From the NCBI GenBank assembly GCA_050633305.1, contig JBOEGF010000016.1, positions 32,001 through 96,000 on the forward strand: 64,000 bases of DNA, given 5' to 3'. Below the pieces are notes generated by a model, which was given only the letters and a program-made list of their open reading frames with translations, had not been told where the DNA came from and made no database searches. The stretch comes from Nannocystales bacterium. GTDB taxonomy: Bacteria; Myxococcota_A; Polyangia; Nannocystales; Nannocystaceae. Within the stretch, counting starts at the first letter, position 1. Each line of letters opens with the position of its first letter. A program made the translations under genes and the position numbers. Positions 58,213-64,000 of the stretch are shown one piece after another.

Positions 58213-59588
58213 AGCATGGGCTGCTCATGGCGTTGCTGTGGCTTTGGCCAGCGTTCGCTCTGGCCGCGCCGCCCCAGACCTGGGAGCAGGCGCGTACTGA
58301 CGAGGGGGAAGCGCTCCGGGCTGAGCGCGATGCCTTGCGAAAGAGCTTGAGCACGGCCAAGTCGGGCACCGCCGCAGCAAAAGGATCCCTGCGCAAGGAC
58401 ATCGATGCGCTGTCGGCCGAGCTGACCAAGCTCCAAGTCCGCAACGCCGCTCTCGAGCGCAGCATGCCCGGGCGAGAGCGTGATCGGAGCCGCGACGCGC
58501 AGTCCGCCGCGCTGCGCGACCTGCTGTCGCGACTCGCGGGTCGAAGTCAGGCGACGCTGCCCGAGGACCCCGATGCTCGGGCGGCAAAACTCCCTGAGCT
58601 CGTCGCGGAGCAACTCGCGGCCATCGAACGCGCGGGCAGCCTCCGGGTGGAGGCCGGGGTGGAGGTGTTCGACACGGGCGGTCACGCGGTCGATGCAACC
58701 GTCCTGCACATCGGCCAAGTCGGGGCGCTTCGGTGGGACGCACAGACCAGCCGTCCACTCATCTCGACACCCGAAGGCTTTCGCGAGGCCCAAGGCGAGT
58801 TCCCCCCAGCGGACGTTGGCGACGTGCATGCTGTACTGACCGCGGTGCTCTATGACGAGGCCGATCCACCGGATGCGGACTCGTTCGCGGTCAAAGGCTG
58901 GCGGACCAAGATCGACGCGGGTGGCCCGGTCATGTGGGTCTTGCTGGGGATCGGGGCGATCGCGAGTCTCATCATCGTCGAGCGCACGGTAGGCTTGCTG
59001 TTGGCGGGAGGTCGCTGGCGGTACGAGCAGCGGCGGTTCGAGGCCGCCGTTCGGGAAGCCCACACCAACTCGCTGTTGCATGTGCAGGGCTGGGTCGCCA
59101 AACCATTGGTCATCGCGGCCGCGGCTCGCTGCCCATCATGCTCGGCCACCGTCGATGTCGATGTGGAAGAGCGCGCAACCCAGGCGCTGATGGTCATGAG
59201 AGAGCAGCTTCAGCGCCGCCTCTCGCTCGTCAACGTGGCGGCTGGTGTCGCGCCGTTGCTGGGGCTGCTCGGCACGGTGACCGGGATGATTCACACGTTC
59301 TCGGTGGTGACCGACACGGGGACCGCCGAGCCGCAGCTGTTGGCGGCGGGCATCTCGGAGGCGCTGCTGACCACGCAATTCGGGCTCGCGATCGCGATCC
59401 CGGCCTACCTCGCCCATGCTCTGCTCAGCCGAGGGGCGAGGCGGATCCTGTCCTCCGCCGAGCAGTCGGTCTTGGCCTACCTGCACGGCGGCGACGGACA
59501 CGGGCACGAACACCACGCGGGTGGTCATCACCACCACGACCACGAGCACCACCACGACCACAAGGACGACGATGGTCACGGCGGATGA
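58209..59588 (+). CDS. Large MotA/TolQ/ExbB protein (TtpC-like) with His-rich tail
   Basis: AGGPVM, APLLGLLGTVTGMI, AGISEALLTTQFGL; periplasmic N-domain; C-terminal GHGHEHHAGGHHHHDHEHHHDH. Confidence 0.9.
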   Translation: MKHGLLMALLWLWPAFALAAPPQTWEQARTDEGEALRAERDALRKSLSTAKSGTAAAKGSLRKDIDALSAELTKLQVRNAALERSMPGRERDRSRDAQSAALRDLLSRLAGRSQATLPEDPDARAAKLPELVAEQLAAIERAGSLRVEAGVEVFDTGGHAVDATVLHIGQVGALRWDAQTSRPLISTPEGFREAQGEFPPADVGDVHAVLTAVLYDEADPPDADSFAVKGWRTKIDAGGPVMWVLLGIGAIASLIIVERTVGLLLAGGRWRYEQRRFEAAVREAHTNSLLHVQGWVAKPLVIAAAARCPSCSATVDVDVEERATQALMVMREQLQRRLSLVNVAAGVAPLLGLLGTVTGMIHTFSVVTDTGTAEPQLLAAGISEALLTTQFGLAIAIPAYLAHALLSRGARRILSSAEQSVLAYLHGGDGHGHEHHAGGHHHHDHEHHHDHKDDDGHGG

Positions 59589-60171
59589 GCTTCGGTCACT
59601 GCTCGATGCGGGCGGTTGGGTGAGCGCCCCGCTGGTCGCCACCAGCCTCACGCTGTGGTTCGTTGCAACGCTGCGACTCATCACCTTGCGCCGAGGGTTC
59701 GGCGGCGATGTGAAGGCGGCGGTCGAGCAGGCGGTGCGTCACCCCCTCGACATTCACGCCGATGGTGCCGTCGGTCGATATCTGCGCGGTGCCCTTGGGG
59801 CCCTCGAGCGCTCGGGCACGTGCCAGCACCACGTTGAACGCTTCCTGGAAATCGAGCGCGAACGCGTCACCGACTTGGGCACCTTGCTGATGGGTCTGGT
59901 GACGATCGCGCCGCTTCTGGGGCTACTGGGCACGGTCAGCGGGATGATCGAGACGTTCTCCTCCATGCAGGGAACCACGCTCAACCACGCGACGGAGCAG
60001 ACGGTCGCAGGAGGTATCTCGGTGGCGCTGATCAGCACCCAGCTCGGGCTGATGGTCGGCGTTCCGGGCTTGGCGGTGGCTCGTCTGCTCGCGCGTCTGG
60101 AAGCCAAGCGCGCCCGGGAGTTGTTGCAGGCGCACAGCGTGCTGGTACAGCGCAGGCAGGTGCCGCAGTGA
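59572..60171 (+). CDS. exbB: ExbB proton-channel protein
   Basis: APLLGLLGTVSGMI, GGISVALISTQLGL. Confidence 0.88.
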   Translation: MVTADELRSLLDAGGWVSAPLVATSLTLWFVATLRLITLRRGFGGDVKAAVEQAVRHPLDIHADGAVGRYLRGALGALERSGTCQHHVERFLEIERERVTDLGTLLMGLVTIAPLLGLLGTVSGMIETFSSMQGTTLNHATEQTVAGGISVALISTQLGLMVGVPGLAVARLLARLEAKRARELLQAHSVLVQRRQVPQ

Positions 60172-60581
60172 AGATCGGCCAGCTCAGCAACGAGGTCACC
60201 GAGGGCGCTGAACTCAACATCACGCCGCTCATCGACATCGTCTTCATCTTGCTGATCTTCTTCGTGGTCACGACGACGTTCGTTCACGAGCTGGGCCTGC
60301 CGATCGAAAGACCCGACTCCTCCACCGCCACGGAGCAGCCCCACGACGTGGTGCGGGTCGCGGTGAGTCGGCAGGGCGAGGTCACCGTCGATGCGCAGCC
60401 CACCAGTCCCTGGCGGGTGGAGGCCGAGGTCCGTGCTCGGCTCCGGGAGCACGCAGATGCTTCGGTGATCGTGATCGCGGACAAGGGGTCGACCGCCGAG
60501 GTGATCGTCGACGCGATCGATGCGTGTCGCCGTGCGGGGGCCGACGGCGTTGCGCTGGGTGTCGCGGAGGGGGCCCCATGA
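60168..60581 (+). CDS. exbD: ExbD biopolymer transport protein
   Basis: LNITPLIDIVFILLIFFVVTT. Confidence 0.92.
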   Translation: MKIGQLSNEVTEGAELNITPLIDIVFILLIFFVVTTTFVHELGLPIERPDSSTATEQPHDVVRVAVSRQGEVTVDAQPTSPWRVEAEVRARLREHADASVIVIADKGSTAEVIVDAIDACRRAGADGVALGVAEGAP

Positions 60582-61252
60582 ATCCGGTGGTGTTGGGATT
60601 TGCGCGATGGACGAGCGCATTCGTAGTCGCGGTGTCGATGACGGGCGGGTCGTTGGCGCTCGTGGCGTGGATGAACGACGACCCCTCGCCGCCCGAACAC
60701 GAGTCGGAGCATTCCGGTCCACGGCCGATCCCGGTGGTGGCCCCGCCTCCACCCGACACTCCCAGCCCGGTTTCAGCATCGAGCGAGATGTCGGCCGACG
60801 CTGCAGCGAGTCCACTGGCGCCCAGCCTCGCACCGCCCGCTCCCGCGCCACCGCAGATCGCAGGGCTGCTTCCAGGCGCCGGTCCCGGTGGCATGCCTGT
60901 GGGACCCGGCGGCGGCAGCCTCCCCTCGATGGGCACGCTGCCGGGGTCGGGCCTCGCGGAGGCTCCCACGCAGACGCAGGGCACCCAAGCTCGGCCTCGC
61001 AGTCGTCCCAGGCCGCGATACCCCCGTGTCGCGCAGCGCCAGGGGATCGAAGGCTTCGCGACGGTCCGCCTCCGTATCGACGCGACGGGCCGGGTCGTCG
61101 ACGCCGTTTTGGTGACGTCCGAACCGGCTGGAGTCTTCGACGACGCTGCGCTCGCGGCCGCGCGCCGCTATCGATTCACCCCGGCCCGCCGTGGAGGTGA
61201 GGCCGTCGAAACCACCCTCCAACAGACGATCCGTTTCGAGCTTCAGAAATGA
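60578..61252 (+). CDS. tonB: TonB energy transducer
   Basis: N-terminal TM, Pro-rich spacer, PRYPRVA..GIEG..V...G.V C-terminal domain. Confidence 0.9.
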   Translation: MNPVVLGFARWTSAFVVAVSMTGGSLALVAWMNDDPSPPEHESEHSGPRPIPVVAPPPPDTPSPVSASSEMSADAAASPLAPSLAPPAPAPPQIAGLLPGAGPGGMPVGPGGGSLPSMGTLPGSGLAEAPTQTQGTQARPRSRPRPRYPRVAQRQGIEGFATVRLRIDATGRVVDAVLVTSEPAGVFDDAALAAARRYRFTPARRGGEAVETTLQQTIRFELQK

Positions 61253-62274
61253 ACGTCTTCGCGCTGCTCCTACTCCTCGTTGCACCGATGTCTCCTACGG
61301 ATATCGAGCGGAGTATCGATCGTGGGGACCTTCAGGAGGCGAAGGACGCGATGGCGGACGCGGACCTCTCGCCGGTCGCTCGGGCCACGCTGCGGGGTCG
61401 GTTGGCCCTCGCAGAGTCCCGCCCTGCCGATGCAGCACGTCAGTTCGAACAGGCCGTGGAACTGGCACCGGAGCATGTGCCTCTGCGACTGCTGTGGGCA
61501 CACGCGCTGCTGAGGGCGGACCGCCCCGGCGAGGTCGGAGCTGCGCTCAAACCCCTCAGTGGCAAGGACCCCGCCGTTGCGCGGCTACGTGCGGCCGCCG
61601 AGGAGGCCAACGGAAACCCGGGGGCGGCCTATGCAGCACTCGAGGGCGCGTCGCGGGCAAACCCGGACGACCTCGAACTCAAGCGGCAACTGGTGCTCTT
61701 GTGTGCGCGCGAAGGTTTGCTCGAGCCCACTCGCGCCTGGATCGAAACCCTCACCCCGAAGCAACTCGGACGGGTCATGGCCTTGGCCGTCCTTCAGGAG
61801 ATCCGAAGCGACGCCCACGCCCTACCGTTGGCTCGCCAACTCGCCAGCGCGTTTCCCAACGATGCCGAGGTTCACGCGCAGTTGGGCTGGGTCGCAAGCT
61901 CGGCTGGGGCCCCGGCCGAAGCTTCTCGTGCGTTTGCCAGAGCCGTGTCGTTGGGCGCCGACGAGGCCTACGCTGGGGCAGAACATGCTCGTGCAGCCGG
62001 GCGGCACCGTGAAGCACTGCGGCTCAATGCCCGGGTCGGTGACGACACCAAGCGAGCCGAGCAGCGCTTCGACATTCTGTTCGAGTCCGGGAAGCTTGCG
62101 CGGGCGATCGCGGCGGCCCAGTCGCTCCGCCTATCGCCACGGCGCCGCTACAACTTGGCATACGCGCACTACGGTCTTCAGCAGGTCGCCGAGGCCTCCA
62201 CGCATGCCCGTACGCTGACCGGTACCGACTACGCTGCACGGGCGCAGACCTTGTTGCGCGCGATGGGACGCTGA
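61249..62274 (+). CDS. TPR protein (TtpD-like)
   Basis: Signal peptide, TPR helices, ATGA overlap with tonB. Confidence 0.8.
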   Translation: MNVFALLLLLVAPMSPTDIERSIDRGDLQEAKDAMADADLSPVARATLRGRLALAESRPADAARQFEQAVELAPEHVPLRLLWAHALLRADRPGEVGAALKPLSGKDPAVARLRAAAEEANGNPGAAYAALEGASRANPDDLELKRQLVLLCAREGLLEPTRAWIETLTPKQLGRVMALAVLQEIRSDAHALPLARQLASAFPNDAEVHAQLGWVASSAGAPAEASRAFARAVSLGADEAYAGAEHARAAGRHREALRLNARVGDDTKRAEQRFDILFESGKLARAIAAAQSLRLSPRRRYNLAYAHYGLQQVAEASTHARTLTGTDYAARAQTLLRAMGR

Positions 62275-62276
62275 GC

Positions 62277-64000
62277 ATGGTCGGGTGGTGGATGCTCGCG
62301 GCCCTTGCGGCGCCGCCGTGTGAAGACAGCCTCGAAGGCAGGGTCATCGACGAGAACACCGGGTCCAGTGTGCCTCGGGTTGCCGTCACAGCCGGAGATC
62401 AAGAGGTCACGACCAACGACGATGGTGTGTTCGTGTTGACGGCGGTGTGTCCTGGCCGCGTCACGGTCACCGCATCGCGCGCGGACTACAGCAGCCGCAG
62501 CCAACGTGTGGAGGTCCCTGCGAAGGCGCCGGTCAGCCTTGTGCTCCGTCCTCACGAGGTCGATGTGCTCGACGATGTCGTCGTCGTGGCCCCGGCGCCC
62601 AAGAGCCTCGATACGACGGCGAACGATGCGCTCAGCGACGAGGAACTCGACGACCTCCGCGGACGAGGACTGGCGGATGCGTTGTCGTCGATCTCCGGCG
62701 TGAATGTGTTGCGCGGCCCGGCGGGGGGCATGGGCAAGCCGATCATTCGTGGCCAAGTCGGCCGCCGTAACTTGATCCTCTACGACCGCGTTCGACATGA
62801 GAGCCAGAAGTGGGGCCTCGAGCACGCGCCAGAGGTGGACCCGTTTGGCGCGGAGACGATCACGGTGATCAAAGGGGCGGGCGGGATCCGCTACGGGCCG
62901 GACGCGATCGGCGGTGTGGTGCTGATCGATCCGCCCCCGTTGCCGACCGACCCGGGGGTGACCGGTGAGGTGCACCTCGTGGGGACGAGCAACGAACGTC
63001 GGGGCACGGTCGCAACGCGGATTCAGGGCACCCACCGCTTCCTGCCGGGCCTTGCGTGGCGTGCCGAGGGCAACGTTTCGCGGGGTGCGGCCGGCATGAC
63101 GCCACAGTACCCACTGGACAACACCGGGACTCGGGTCTGGAACGCCGGGGGGTCCCTGGGTTATCAGCGCCGTGGCTTCTCGCTTCAAACCTCTTACCGC
63201 CATCACGCGATGAAGTCCGGCATCTTCACGGGACTGCGTGCAGAGACGGCGGAGGACTTCGTGGCCGCGTTGGGCTTGGGGCGTCCGTTGGGTGCGGAGC
63301 ACTACCTGCGGGACTACGAGATCGAGCGGGCGTTGCAAGAGGTCACCCACGATCTTGCGATCGTCCGGGGTCGGGCGCCCCTGGCCAAGGCGGGCACACT
63401 CGTTGCGACCTACGCGTTCCAGAACAACGACCGCGACGAGTACGACGTGGTCCGAGACAACATCAGCGGCCCGCAGCTCGAGCTCGACCTTCGCACGCAC
63501 ACGGCCGGCTTGGTGTTTGAGCAGAGTCCCGTCGCACTGGGCGGCGCAGCTCTCCTCGAGGGAGACGTGGGCGTGAGCTTCGCGAACCGTCGCAACCGCT
63601 ACGAGGGGAGCGCCCCGGGGTTCCTGCCGGACTACGACGAGCAAGCCGGTGGCGCGTTTATTCTGGAGCGCATCGTCTGGGAGCGGGTCGAACTCGAGGG
63701 CGGCGCGCGCTACGACGGCATGGCACGACGCTCGGTCCTCGATGACCGCACGTTTCTTCCGTTCCGGGCTCAGGATCGCCTGCCCGACGACTGCACGGAG
63801 AACGACGAAGGCGCGGTCTGTCAGACACCCTTCCATGCGGCGTCGGGGTCGATCGGGGTTGGGGTGCACCCCGTCGCGGCGGTGCCGGAGTTGGTCACCT
63901 CACTCGACCTCTCCACGGCGGTCCGTTTCCCCAACAGCGACGAGCAGTTCATCAAGGGTGCTGCGCCCTCGTTCCCGTTCTTCTCCAATGGCGACGGTAC
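62277..64000 (+). CDS. TonB-dependent receptor, partial (probable divalent-metal uptake)
   Basis: Manual translation MVGWWML...LEGRVID (carboxypeptidase-regulatory-like domain), plug GKPIIRG...RHESQKWGLEHAPEVDP...IKGAGGIRYGPDAIGGVV; runs off window end. Confidence 0.9.
   Translation, partial: MVGWWMLAALAAPPCEDSLEGRVIDENTGSSVPRVAVTAGDQEVTTNDDGVFVLTAVCPGRVTVTASRADYSSRSQRVEVPAKAPVSLVLRPHEVDVLDDVVVVAPAPKSLDTTANDALSDEELDDLRGRGLADALSSISGVNVLRGPAGGMGKPIIRGQVGRRNLILYDRVRHESQKWGLEHAPEVDPFGAETITVIKGAGGIRYGPDAIGGVVLIDPPPLPTDPGVTGEVHLVGTSNERRGTVATRIQGTHRFLPGLAWRAEGNVSRGAAGMTPQYPLDNTGTRVWNAGGSLGYQRRGFSLQTSYRHHAMKSGIFTGLRAETAEDFVAALGLGRPLGAEHYLRDYEIERALQEVTHDLAIVRGRAPLAKAGTLVATYAFQNNDRDEYDVVRDNISGPQLELDLRTHTAGLVFEQSPVALGGAALLEGDVGVSFANRRNRYEGSAPGFLPDYDEQAGGAFILERIVWERVELEGGARYDGMARRSVLDDRTFLPFRAQDRLPDDCTENDEGAVCQTPFHAASGSIGVGVHPVAAVPELVTSLDLSTAVRFPNSDEQFIKGAAPSFPFFSNGDG

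Noticed and set aside
62229..63869. 546-aa minus-strand ORF
   Set aside because: Antisense to the TonB-dependent receptor
1..64000. CRISPR arrays, tRNA/rRNA, transposases, prophage genes
   Set aside because: No spaced direct repeats, RNA gene signatures or such protein motifs seen by eye; a covariance-model scan was not possible

Overview
GC-rich, gene-dense bacterial chromosome segment. The content points to a myxobacterium of the Nannocystaceae/Plesiocystis type (inference): many Ser/Thr/Gly-linker lipoproteins, Cys-rich lipoproteins, a MYXO-CTERM protein, a DUF1592/DUF1552 pair, Ser/Thr kinase-TPR plus ECF sigma pairs and four ECF sigma factors. I saw no rRNA, tRNA, CRISPR array or recognisable transposase. 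Highlights: (1) an ArsC/Spx-family selenoprotein gene missed by the ORF track (in-frame UGA in a U-G-T-C motif followed by a bacterial SECIS-like hairpin), divergent from a Fur/Zur regulator and a TonB2-type operon whose large ExbB carries a CxxC and a His-rich tail; (2) a small lipoprotein with four [IV]APMPxPT repeats translationally coupled to a JmjC/cupin-8 oxygenase, a candidate undescribed peptide/protein modification system; (3) a ~1700-aa HEAT-HExxH-vWA protein paired with a MoxR-type AAA+ ATPase; (4) a Cys-rich ECF sigma flanked by DsrE-like and SDR genes; (5) an ArsR/BASS-transporter operon with C-terminal vicinal Cys pairs; (6) unusual heme motifs (CxCH, terminal CxxCH), a TonB-receptor plug-like fragment inside a DUF4139 protein, and a doubly frameshifted lipoprotein gene. 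All family assignments come from reading motifs by eye; no database searches were run, and several start codons are my choices.
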